Source: an uncultured Candidatus Saccharibacteria bacterium
Lineage (GTDB): Bacteria > Patescibacteriota > Minisyncoccia > Phycocordibacterales > WO2-35-19
Direction of reading: 5' to 3'
NCBI GenBank assembly: GCA_964589445.1
Contig: CAZPQX010000001.1
Coordinates: 28,600-92,599, forward strand
Length of the DNA stretch: 64,000 bases
Positions 36,722 through 45,658 of this stretch are shown piece by piece; the stretch's first letter is position 1, and the number at the start of each line of letters is the position of its first letter. The position numbers and the translations under genes are program-made. The notes under the pieces were generated by a model that saw only the letters and a list, made by a program, of their open reading frames with translations, was not told where the DNA came from and did not search any database.

Positions 36722-38764
36722 ATGAACAGATTCACAGCGGAGACAGTACTGCCAAAATTTACTGTAATTACAGCAATTATTACAATACTAGTATTTTCAC
36801 CCCTAAAATTACTAGCCTCTTCAAATCTAATCTTGAATTTTGATTTTGAGTCAAATTCTATTAATTCTACTAATCCCGACAATTGGTTTACTGGCACATA
36901 TGGTTCAGCGAGTACAACTTTTTATTACCCAGCATCGGGACCATTGGGAGATAGCGACAAATCAGCTAATATTACAGTATCAGACTACCTTGATGGAGAT
37001 GCTAAATGGATTTTCGAAAAAGTCCCCGTTAAAGCCGGCTATGAATACGAGTACTCTGATAGCTACAAGTCAGATATATCCACAAATTTAACAGCTGAAT
37101 ATTTTGATTCAGAAAACAATCATATTTCTTATGGTGGTTTTTTTAACCTTCCTTCAACCTTGGGAGAATGGCAGACAAGTAATGCCACCTTTACAGTTCC
37201 TGCTGGGGCTTCTTTTATGACTGTCTACCACCTAATATCTGGTAATGGTTCTCTAACAATCGATAATGTAAATTTATCAGAAACTTCTGTACCAGAAGCT
37301 TTTGATTATGGTTTTGTAAGCCTTACTTTTGACGATGGATGGGTTTCTCAATACAGTAATGCTTTTCTAGAAATGAAGAAAGATAATATACCAGGTACTT
37401 TTTTTGTTATAAGTACAGCAACAAAAAACTCCTCCCTAAATATTTTGAAAGATAATGTTACCACTGCAGATATGGTAGTTTCTAGTACCACAGATAGTAT
37501 TACTTGGTCTCCACTATACCTTGATCCAAGTATTCAAGAATATTTTTTCTCTGATCTATATACAGCGACAGCTACAAGCACAATATCTATAACCTACAAA
37601 ACAAGTAACCCTGAATTATCTCACACCATAACATCTCAAATTTTACCACCTGGTGAAAACTTAAACGGCTCTTTTTATTTTTCTTTACCCCCATCAATTG
37701 TAAATGGAGTAACAATTAAACACTCTGCAGAATCAGGAACTCTTGCTACCTCTAATGAATCAATGAATAGGTTGATTAACAGCTATATGAGCAAAGAACA
37801 ACTCCTTGATATACAGCGTAGTGGGAATGAAATTGCTGTTCACACCAAAGATCATTGCAACCTATCATTTATAACTGATACTGCACGATGTGCATTTATT
37901 CCCACAGGACCTCTAACACTGTCCCACCAAATAAATGATGCTCAGAGCGAATTGATTTCAAATGGGCTTAGTCCAGCCAATACAATAGCTTACCCGTATG
38001 GATCTTCTAATTCATCTGTGTATGATTTTATGAAATCTAATGAAATGTTTGTTGGTGGACGTGGTCTTAATATAGGTTATAACTATAAGAATTCAAAAAA
38101 GTTTGATCTAAAAGTCCAAATAATAGACGCCTCCACAACCCCAGACCTCATAGAAACATGGATACAATCATCAATCTTAAATAAGAGTTGGTTAATACTT
38201 GTATTTCATCAAATTGATAACCCTGTTAAGTTACAGAGTTTGGGTGAAAGTGGTGGTACTAGTCCAGATATATTCAAATCGCTTCTTGAGTATATTAAAA
38301 ATAACAATATACCTGTGAAAAGCATGTTAGATGGAGTGAATATAATGAATAACAATATTTCCACTACTACACCTCCAAATAACCCAGAAATAGAAAGTAC
38401 AAATCCCAACACTAGCAGTAATAATAATTACATTGGTAACACTGGTGGGAGTCGTAGAAGTTTAGTAATAATTACCAAACAAAATGAAAATGCCACATCT
38501 ACCGGAGAAGTTTTGGGAACAACAACTTACAAATTTATTCGCAATTTACGTGTAGGTTCAAGAGGTGAAGATGTAAAAGAATTACAAAATAGACTCACCC
38601 TAGACGGAGTATACTCAGGACCCATAACCGGATACTTTGGAATACTAACAAAGGGAGCTGTGATATCTTACCAAAATAAATACGGAATTAATCCTGTTGG
38701 TATAGTAGGACCAATAACTAGAAATCATCTTAATTTGTTTGCTTTAGTATATAAAGTAAAATAA
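36722..38764 (+). CDS. Secreted polysaccharide deacetylase (CBM-like, NodB/CE4, PG-binding)
   Basis: LTFDDG, HTKDH, AYPYG and LVFH motifs; C-terminal GSRGEDVKELQ...GIVGPITR. Confidence 0.85.
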   Translation: MNRFTAETVLPKFTVITAIITILVFSPLKLLASSNLILNFDFESNSINSTNPDNWFTGTYGSASTTFYYPASGPLGDSDKSANITVSDYLDGDAKWIFEKVPVKAGYEYEYSDSYKSDISTNLTAEYFDSENNHISYGGFFNLPSTLGEWQTSNATFTVPAGASFMTVYHLISGNGSLTIDNVNLSETSVPEAFDYGFVSLTFDDGWVSQYSNAFLEMKKDNIPGTFFVISTATKNSSLNILKDNVTTADMVVSSTTDSITWSPLYLDPSIQEYFFSDLYTATATSTISITYKTSNPELSHTITSQILPPGENLNGSFYFSLPPSIVNGVTIKHSAESGTLATSNESMNRLINSYMSKEQLLDIQRSGNEIAVHTKDHCNLSFITDTARCAFIPTGPLTLSHQINDAQSELISNGLSPANTIAYPYGSSNSSVYDFMKSNEMFVGGRGLNIGYNYKNSKKFDLKVQIIDASTTPDLIETWIQSSILNKSWLILVFHQIDNPVKLQSLGESGGTSPDIFKSLLEYIKNNNIPVKSMLDGVNIMNNNISTTTPPNNPEIESTNPNTSSNNNYIGNTGGSRRSLVIITKQNENATSTGEVLGTTTYKFIRNLRVGSRGEDVKELQNRLTLDGVYSGPITGYFGILTKGAVISYQNKYGINPVGIVGPITRNHLNLFALVYKVK

Positions 38765-38776
38765 AACTATTTTTGA

Positions 38777-39298
38777 CTACTTATTATTTGGAGTGCCAAA
38801 CATTTGGACGACGAAGACAGCTTCCCTGCCCTTATACATACCAGTTGAAGTAGCTATACCTATCTCTTTATAGCGAGGATTTATGATATTCAAAAAGTGA
38901 CCTCGTGATTTGACCCAAGCAGTATGCACCTCCTCACTATCGGTAAAGTTTACAGCCAAGTTTTCACCTGCATATTCGTACCTATATCCAGCCTGGTCTA
39001 TCCAATACCAAGGTGTCTTCCCATCTGGGCTATTGTGAGCAAAGTAGCCTTTTGAAGCCATGTCGTTGGCCTTCATCTGTGCTGCAAGCTCTAAATCTCT
39101 GTTTACAGTGAGTTTCTCGGCATTATTGAGACTTCGCTCATCATTGGCCAAAGCGACGAGTACAGAGCCATATACAGCCGAAAGAGAGTCTATTACTGCC
39201 CCTCTAAAACCTGAAAACACACTTATACCCACGACAAATGCTGCGATTATCCCTATTCCAATTTTTAGCTTCATAATTTCTTTTTTACCCTTAGTCAT
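38777..39298 (-). CDS. CAP/SCP domain protein
   Basis: KANDMASKGYFAHNSP, AGENLA and W..S.GH..NI motifs. Confidence 0.9.
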   Translation of the reverse strand: MTKGKKEIMKLKIGIGIIAAFVVGISVFSGFRGAVIDSLSAVYGSVLVALANDERSLNNAEKLTVNRDLELAAQMKANDMASKGYFAHNSPDGKTPWYWIDQAGYRYEYAGENLAVNFTDSEEVHTAWVKSRGHFLNIINPRYKEIGIATSTGMYKGREAVFVVQMFGTPNNK

Positions 39299-39376
39299 TA
39301 AGACCTGAATTTTAACATTTTATATTGTCTAAAACAAAATAAGTCAAATAGCCTTATGTGTAGAGATTAAAAATAT

Positions 39377-39475
39377 AAAAAGAAAATGCCCCGGGTGGGA
39401 CATTATGGTGTGGAAAGTCAGAGGCAGCATACGTCTTGCGGAGTAGATGGGAGTGCCACCCCTGACTTCCACCCC
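39377..39475 (-). ncRNA. Candidate small RNA unit C (long stem ending ACCA, then terminator)
   Basis: GTGGAAGTCAGGGGTGGCA pairs with TGCTGCCTCTGACTTTCCAC; followed by ACCA and ATGTCCC/GGGGCAT-TTTCTTTT. Confidence 0.6.
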
Positions 39476-39478
39476 TTA

Positions 39479-39507
39479 AGTATATCACTAAGCCAACCTC
39501 CTGTCAA
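39479..39507 (-). promoter_or_regulatory. Sigma70-type promoter for unit C
   Basis: TTGACA-17 nt-TATACT with extended TG. Confidence 0.7.
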
Positions 39508-39522
39508 AGTCAATTTTGATAT

Positions 39523-39633
39523 AAAAAAATGCCCCGGAGATAAACCTCGCGGGACAATATGGTGGAGCCGGGGATGGCAGGAAAGGGTCGTGGACGCCAC
39601 TTTTGGATTGGAGTTGCCACCCCCAAGCTCCAT
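39523..39633 (-). ncRNA. Candidate small RNA unit B (homolog of unit C)
   Basis: TGGAGCTTGGGGGTGGCA pairs with TGCCATCCCCGGCTCCA; followed by CCA and TGTCCCG...CGGGGCA-TTTTTTT; TTGACT at 39658-39663. Confidence 0.6.
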
Positions 39634-39664
39634 GGAAGAAACCATAGACAGAAAATAAGTCAAC

Positions 39665-39774
39665 AAAAAAGACTACCCAAGTGGTAGTCGGGCAGTTGGA
39701 TGGGAAGGTGTGGTGGTACTGAAGTTGCGCGTCCAGCAGCCATGACATGTCCCTCCTACATCCAACCGCTCCAT
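39665..39774 (-). ncRNA. Candidate small RNA unit A
   Basis: GCGGTTGGATG pairs with CATCCAACTGC; terminator GACTACC/GGTAGTC-TTTTTT; TTGACT at 39798-39803. Confidence 0.5.
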
Positions 39775-39851
39775 AACAATACAAGATTATAAAAACAAGT
39801 CAATTTTATTGAAATTAAGCCTATAATTTGTTAAATTGTTCTAGTAGTATC

Positions 39852-39924
39852 GCGCGGTTAGCTCAGTTGGTAGAGCGCGTCATTGACGTTGACGATGCCG
39901 GGGGTTCGAATCCCTCACCGCGCA
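39852..39924 (+). tRNA. tRNA-Val(GAC)
   Basis: GCGCGGT/ACCGCGC acceptor stem, AGCTCAGTTGGTAGAGC D-arm, CGTCA-TTGACGT-TGACG anticodon arm, GGTTCGAATCC T-arm; CCA not encoded. Confidence 0.95.
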
Positions 39925-40098
39925 CAAAAATTTGCGTAGCAGAATTTTTGTGCGCGGTAGCAAAGCAACTGCTTGCTTTGCGTGGGGATTCGAAAAGATT
40001 TTTGATATTTTTTCAGCAGAAAAAATCAAAAATCTGGGGCTGAGGAAAAATTTTGTGACGACAAAATTTTGAGGTGGCCAAATCCCTCACCGCGCACA
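39909..40098. mobile_element. 172-bp non-coding palindromic element inserted at the tRNA-Val 3' end
   Basis: 18-bp direct repeat AATCCCTCACCGCGCACA at 39909-39926 and 40081-40098 enclosing four hairpins. Confidence 0.65.
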
Positions 40099-40192
40099 GC
40101 GCAAAATTAAAACCGGTTTTGATACCGGTTTTAATTTTTGTGCATATACACAAATGCAATATCCCCGCTCTTAATATAGAAGCTAGGCAGTC

Positions 40193-41410
40193 GTGAGTTA
40201 TAATAACCATGTGAGAAAAAAGAAAAAAATTTTAAATCTAAACAAAAGATTTGCCCTCTACTCCTTCCTATCTCTCCTCTCTATTGTTTTTTTCGCCTCT
40301 GGCATTTCTTACTTAAATAGAGATATTTATAAACCAGTGCCTCACCGCAATAGCGTAGACACCAAAGTTTCAATAAGTGGCATGCGGGAAGTGTCTAATC
40401 GAGTCAAAAATACGAACCCGGAATTTAAAAGCCTCACCTGGGCTGAAACAAAACAACCCAGCCTTTTCGAAAACCAGCTCGCAGCAGTAGCGAGAGCCAT
40501 CAAATCTTTGGCACCTCAAAACCCTGAGCCACTAGAAATGGGTAGTTGGGTCTGGACTCCAAACAAATACCTTACAAAAAGTTATGTGGATCAACTCATC
40601 TCTGGAGCAAAATCAAACGGTATAAATGTCATCTATCTCGCAGTAGATTCATATATCGATATCTTTGAAATGCCGAAAGGCGAAGAGAGAAACGCAGCCA
40701 AAAAAATATTTGACGACAACACAGAGTATTTTATAAAAAAGGCAAACGAGTCAGACATACAAGTCGACGCCATGGCGGGTTGGCAAAACTGGTCAGAGCC
40801 AGGCAACGAATACAAAGGCCTCATAGTCATGAACTACGCAAAAAGCTTCAATACCAAAAGTGAATACAAATTCCGAGGTTTCCAATACGATGTTGAGCCA
40901 TATTTACTTCCAAAATACAAAGAAAATCCAGAAGAAGTACTCAAAAATTTTGTCTCCTTTGTAGATAATTCAGAAAAATTTTTGAAAGATAGCGACCTGA
41001 GATTCTCGATAGTTGTGCCGGACTACTATGACGAAGGCGACGGCATGACACCCAAATTCAAATACGGAGGTGTAAACACATTTGCCTTCAAACACCTGCT
41101 CAATATTTTAGACAGGAGAGAAAATAGCTCTATCATACTCATGTCATACCGAAACTTCGCCGAAGGTCCAGACGGCTCGATAGAGGTGAGTAGAAATGAG
41201 ATAAACACCGGCCTTCGCGGCAGACACAATACCAAAATAATAGTAGCTCAAGAGACTGGCGACTTCCCTCCTCCTTACATCACATTCCACAACACATCCA
41301 AAAGGTACTTTGACGAAGAGGTGAGCAAAATAGAAGCTTCCCTCGGTAAACACAGGAACTTTGGTGGCATATCTATACATTACATCAACTCATTCTTGGC
41401 ACTTAAGTAA
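40193..41410 (+). CDS. Membrane-anchored protein with putative TIM-barrel glycoside-hydrolase-like domain
   Basis: N-terminal TM; SWVW, GFQYDVEPY, LMSYRN, AQET and GGISIH motifs. Confidence 0.55.
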   Translation: MSYNNHVRKKKKILNLNKRFALYSFLSLLSIVFFASGISYLNRDIYKPVPHRNSVDTKVSISGMREVSNRVKNTNPEFKSLTWAETKQPSLFENQLAAVARAIKSLAPQNPEPLEMGSWVWTPNKYLTKSYVDQLISGAKSNGINVIYLAVDSYIDIFEMPKGEERNAAKKIFDDNTEYFIKKANESDIQVDAMAGWQNWSEPGNEYKGLIVMNYAKSFNTKSEYKFRGFQYDVEPYLLPKYKENPEEVLKNFVSFVDNSEKFLKDSDLRFSIVVPDYYDEGDGMTPKFKYGGVNTFAFKHLLNILDRRENSSIILMSYRNFAEGPDGSIEVSRNEINTGLRGRHNTKIIVAQETGDFPPPYITFHNTSKRYFDEEVSKIEASLGKHRNFGGISIHYINSFLALK

Positions 41411-41447
41411 ATTTGTGTTAATAATTTAAAGTAAAATATAATACTTT

Positions 41448-42485
41448 ATGGATATTGTTTCCTTTAAAGAAGCATTTGACCCCCTACTTGCCCGCCACCT
41501 TGCGTATAAAACTGACTGCTACAAAAAAATAACCCAGAACCAAGAAATACTAGAAATACTTAGTCATATAAATGAGATAAGCAAAGGAGGCAAAAGACTA
41601 AGGCCTTTTATTATTTATTCAATATACAAAACCCGCAATCCACAATCACAAATAGAAGAAATACTAGATCTTCTTTTAGCTATAGAAATATTTCATATAT
41701 TTTGTCTCGTACATGACGACATTATGGACGAAGCAGACCTGCGCCATGGCAAAAAAACAGTACACAAATATACCGAGGATATATTGAAAGAAAAAAACAG
41801 AATAAACACAAAAAGAGTTTCAGAGGGCCAAGCCATCCTAGTGGGCGATATTTTGTTTAATGCCGTCTATGAGCTTTTGTACAAAGACAGCTGGGCGGGA
41901 GATATGGAAACCAAAAACAAAATAATAAATATTTTTACAGAGCTAGTAGACGAGGTTTGTGTCGGCCAGATGATAGATATAAATATAGTTTCAAAAAAAG
42001 ATTGTAGCCTAGAAGAAATAATGGAAAAAACAAAGCTCAAAACAGCTTACTATTCCTTTGCGAGACCGATACAAATCGGCTTCGCGCTCGTGGGAGAAGA
42101 GCATTCTTTTACAAATGAGTTCGGGGAAAATATAGGCATACTCTTCCAAATACAAGATGATTTGCTCGATATAATCGGCAAACAAGAAGAAACAAATAAA
42201 AATACCCTCTCTGACGTACTCAAAAACCAACACACACTACTCACTGACTACATAAACAATAAAGCAGAAGCACGATATAGAGAATCCCTAAAAAATATAG
42301 AGAATTTAAAAAGAGATGAGATAATAAACCTCTTCGTTCAGTCAGGTGCAACAAATCACGCAAAACAAATCATAGAAGATTATAATAAAAAATGTATTTC
42401 AATAATACAAAATTCTGACATAAGCGAGAGCGACAAAAATATATTCAAATACCTAACTTCCCTCTTACAAAACAGGACAAAATAA
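41448..42485 (+). CDS. crtE: Polyprenyl (geranylgeranyl) diphosphate synthase
   Basis: GGKRLRP, HDDIMD...RHG, GQMID, KTA and FQIQDDLLD; first gene of the crt operon. Confidence 0.85.
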   Translation: MDIVSFKEAFDPLLARHLAYKTDCYKKITQNQEILEILSHINEISKGGKRLRPFIIYSIYKTRNPQSQIEEILDLLLAIEIFHIFCLVHDDIMDEADLRHGKKTVHKYTEDILKEKNRINTKRVSEGQAILVGDILFNAVYELLYKDSWAGDMETKNKIINIFTELVDEVCVGQMIDINIVSKKDCSLEEIMEKTKLKTAYYSFARPIQIGFALVGEEHSFTNEFGENIGILFQIQDDLLDIIGKQEETNKNTLSDVLKNQHTLLTDYINNKAEARYRESLKNIENLKRDEIINLFVQSGATNHAKQIIEDYNKKCISIIQNSDISESDKNIFKYLTSLLQNRTK

Positions 42486-43327
42486 TGAAAAAAGACACAA
42501 TAGAACTGGCAAGAAAAATAGAGAAAAAGCACGGCACCAGCTACTACATAGCCACACTTTTTTTGCCTGAAGAAATAAAAAGAGAGGTTTTTGTGCTTTA
42601 CGCATTCGTGAGGACTCCGGACGAATACGTAGACAACCCAAAAGTGGGCGAAGATCCAAAGCAAAAATTGGATGAATGGAAAAAAGAATGGCAAAACACA
42701 TTTGAGACAGGAGTAGGTCAAAACAAAATACTCCTAGCCACAAGGGAAATATTTAAAAAGTACAAAATACCTTTTGAACTTAGCATTGAATTTATAGATT
42801 CAATGATCCAAGACTTAAATATAAACAGATACGAAACATACGATGAGCTGCGACAGTACATGCGAGGTTCTGCAGAGAGCGTGGGGGTCATGCTTACATA
42901 TATATTTGGCTATACTGAGCCGCAGGCTTTCATTTATGCGAGGAAGCTAGGCGAAGCGATGCAGCTCACCAACTTCCTTAGAGACATAAAAGAAGACTAT
43001 TTTGATAGAAATAGGATATATGTGCCAAGAGAGTACATGCAAAAATTTGGCATAACAGAAGAAGATATAAAGAACCAAAATGTGAATCCTGATTTTAGAG
43101 AAATGATGTTTTTCCTAATTGAAAAAGCTCGCGCAATATACAGACAGTCTGATGAGGGCATAAATATGCTCTCTCCCAAAACCCAATTTGCCGTCAGAGC
43201 AGCTTCACGACTCTATGAGAAGATTTTGGATAAAATAGAAAACCAAAATTACAATATTTATAAGCAGAGAGCTAGGACGAACTTTTTAGAAAAAGTGTGG
43301 CTAATATCAAAATCATATGTCAAATAA
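42485..43327 (+). CDS. crtB: Phytoene synthase
   Basis: LYAFVRTPDEYVD, SMIQDL and LGEAMQLTNFLRDIKED motifs. Confidence 0.95.
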   Translation: MKKDTIELARKIEKKHGTSYYIATLFLPEEIKREVFVLYAFVRTPDEYVDNPKVGEDPKQKLDEWKKEWQNTFETGVGQNKILLATREIFKKYKIPFELSIEFIDSMIQDLNINRYETYDELRQYMRGSAESVGVMLTYIFGYTEPQAFIYARKLGEAMQLTNFLRDIKEDYFDRNRIYVPREYMQKFGITEEDIKNQNVNPDFREMMFFLIEKARAIYRQSDEGINMLSPKTQFAVRAASRLYEKILDKIENQNYNIYKQRARTNFLEKVWLISKSYVK

Positions 43328-44822
43328 AAAAGTAATAATAGTGGGTGCTGGCTTTGGAGGACTTTCTTTGGCCGCCATACTTTCAAAAAAAGGTTTTGAT
43401 GTTTCTATTTATGAAAAAAACGAGCAAATCGGAGGCAGAGCCCGAGTGATAAAAGAAAATGGCTACACATTTGATATGGGGCCTTCTTGGTACATGATGC
43501 CCGATGTTTTTGAAAACTTCTTTGATATTTTAGGAGAAAATATATCTGACTACATTAGCCTCAAAAGACTCTCCCCTTCTTATAGAGTCTACTTCAAGGG
43601 AAATAAAAAGCCGTATGATTTTTATTCTGATCGAGAAAAGAACACCAAGATTTTTGAAGAGATAGAGCCCGGCTCATCAAAAAAGCTTTTTGAATATTTG
43701 GATGAATCCAAGAGACAATACCAAATAGCCAAAAAAGAGTTTATGTACAAAAACTATGATTCTATTTTTGATTTCTTCAACAAGAGAGTCATGAAAGAAG
43801 GCAGGCGGCTCGAGATATTCAACTCGATGAAAAGGATAATAGAAAGAACGGTAAAATCTGAAGTGTTAAGAAAGGTTTTGCAATTTCACATGGTGTTCCT
43901 AGGCACAGCACCCAAAGACGCGCCAGGTATTTATAGACTGATGAACCATGTAGATTTTGATATGGGTGTTTGGTACCCAGACAAAGGTATTTATGAATTA
44001 CCCAAGGCGATAGCCAAAGTAGCAGAAAAATATGGGACCAAAATACATTTAAACTCCCCAGTAAGAAAAATAATAGTTGAGAACAAAAAAGCTACCGGTA
44101 TCGAGCTTGATTCGGGAGAAAAAGTTTTTGCAGATATCGTGGTCTCCAACGCAGACTTACACCATACAGAAGAAAAGCTCTTAGGAGAAGAGTTTAGAGA
44201 GAGAAGTGAAAAGTTTTGGAGTAAAAAGAAGATGGCACCGAGCGCCTTTATCATGTACCTCGGAGTAAACAAAAAGTATGACTCCCTCGCCCACCACACC
44301 CTGCTCTTCTCCAAAGATTGGGATCTAAATTTTGCACAAATATTTGATAAGGCCAAATTCCCCGACGACCCTTCGATATATGTGTGTGCTCCAGGCAAGA
44401 CAGACCCTTCTGTGGCACCCGAAGGCAAAGAAAACATATTTGTTCTCGTCCCCATAGCTTCAGATCTAAAATACACAGAAAAAGAAATCGGCGAATGGAG
44501 AAATAAAGTAATAAAAATACTCGAAGAAAATATGGGGCTCGACGGACTCTCTCAAACAATAGAATACGAAAAAATATATTGCGTCAAAGATTTTGAAAAA
44601 GACTACAACAGCTACAAAGGCAGCGGCCTCGGACTTGCCCACACACTCATGCAGTCTGCATTCTTTAGACCAAACAACGTATCCAAAAAAGTTAAGGATT
44701 TGTATTTCGTAGGTGCTGGCACCAACCCAGGCATCGGCATGCCTATATGTGTCATATCAGCTGAAACTGTCTACAAGAGGATAATGGGCATACAAGACCC
44801 AGAGCCCATAAAGGAAGTCTAA
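43317..44822 (+). CDS. crtI: Phytoene desaturase
   Basis: IVGAGFGGL, GGRA, FDMGPSW and LYFVGAGTNPGIGMP motifs. Confidence 0.93.
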   Translation: MSNKKVIIVGAGFGGLSLAAILSKKGFDVSIYEKNEQIGGRARVIKENGYTFDMGPSWYMMPDVFENFFDILGENISDYISLKRLSPSYRVYFKGNKKPYDFYSDREKNTKIFEEIEPGSSKKLFEYLDESKRQYQIAKKEFMYKNYDSIFDFFNKRVMKEGRRLEIFNSMKRIIERTVKSEVLRKVLQFHMVFLGTAPKDAPGIYRLMNHVDFDMGVWYPDKGIYELPKAIAKVAEKYGTKIHLNSPVRKIIVENKKATGIELDSGEKVFADIVVSNADLHHTEEKLLGEEFRERSEKFWSKKKMAPSAFIMYLGVNKKYDSLAHHTLLFSKDWDLNFAQIFDKAKFPDDPSIYVCAPGKTDPSVAPEGKENIFVLVPIASDLKYTEKEIGEWRNKVIKILEENMGLDGLSQTIEYEKIYCVKDFEKDYNSYKGSGLGLAHTLMQSAFFRPNNVSKKVKDLYFVGAGTNPGIGMPICVISAETVYKRIMGIQDPEPIKEV

Positions 44823-45658
44823 AAAACTTTTAAGGCTATAACGAAAAATATGATCATCCCCACCAAAGAATTTAACTTTGGGAAATGTTTATATAATTCA
44901 AAAAGCTTAGCCTCCCCCGCGTCATAAGATTTAAACATCAAAAATATATACGGGAGAGAGAGTACCACCCCGAGATAAGAGATATAAGGCAAAACCAAAA
45001 GACCAGACAAAAGATAAAGAGCAGCACACAAAATAATAGTCTTCTTTTTTTCGAGCTTTGTCGCTATTGTCTCTATCCCCGATTCTCTGTCGGCAAATAT
45101 GTCGGGCACGGCAGAGTATGCATGCATCGCCATCGCCCAACAAATACCAGATATTACAGGCAATACGATACTCCCCTCACCACCTACAAGGAAATACCCA
45201 AACACACCAGTGACGACATAGTGGCTCGCAGAAAAGAAGCTATCGAGCACAGGTCTTACCTTAGCCCTTATAGGCGGAGCAGAATAAAAGGTGGCAAAAA
45301 AGTAAAATAAAATCAGGGCCACAAATGCTTTAACAGAAACAAAAAATGACAAAATAAAGAAAGGTAAATTGGTTATAAATATATAGAAAAATACTTTTTT
45401 GTGGAGAGAAGGATTGAGCAAGTCTTCATAACCAGTCTTTTTGGGGTTCAATTTATCAGTCTCGTAGTCAAAGATATCGTTGATACCATAAATGAGTAGG
45501 TTGGCTGGGAATATAAAAAACAATCCAAAAATGAGTATGTAAAAATAGTTTGGTTGCTCTAAGGCAGACATGCCCGCAAAAACTCCGAGCAAATAAGTGC
45601 CAAATTCATATATCCAAAACCTCGGCCTAGAAATATTAAGTATTTTTGATATTTTCAT
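44819..45658 (-). CDS. UbiA-family prenyltransferase, lycopene elongase (LyeJ/CrtEb-like)
   Basis: SRPRFW, PANLLIYGINDIFDYETDKLNPKK, YSAPPIR and HAYSAVPDI..D motifs; adjacent to crtI. Confidence 0.75.
   Translation of the reverse strand: MKISKILNISRPRFWIYEFGTYLLGVFAGMSALEQPNYFYILIFGLFFIFPANLLIYGINDIFDYETDKLNPKKTGYEDLLNPSLHKKVFFYIFITNLPFFILSFFVSVKAFVALILFYFFATFYSAPPIRAKVRPVLDSFFSASHYVVTGVFGYFLVGGEGSIVLPVISGICWAMAMHAYSAVPDIFADRESGIETIATKLEKKKTIILCAALYLLSGLLVLPYISYLGVVLSLPYIFLMFKSYDAGEAKLFELYKHFPKLNSLVGMIIFFVIALKVF

Noticed and set aside
39406-39631. Units B and C as true tRNA genes
   Set aside because: No TTCRA T-loop, D-loop GG context or 7-nt anticodon loop could be folded
39386-39784. Short ORFs 39386-39658, 39418-39666 and 39488-39784
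   Set aside because: They cross promoters and terminators and have no protein-like features; RNA structure explains the region better
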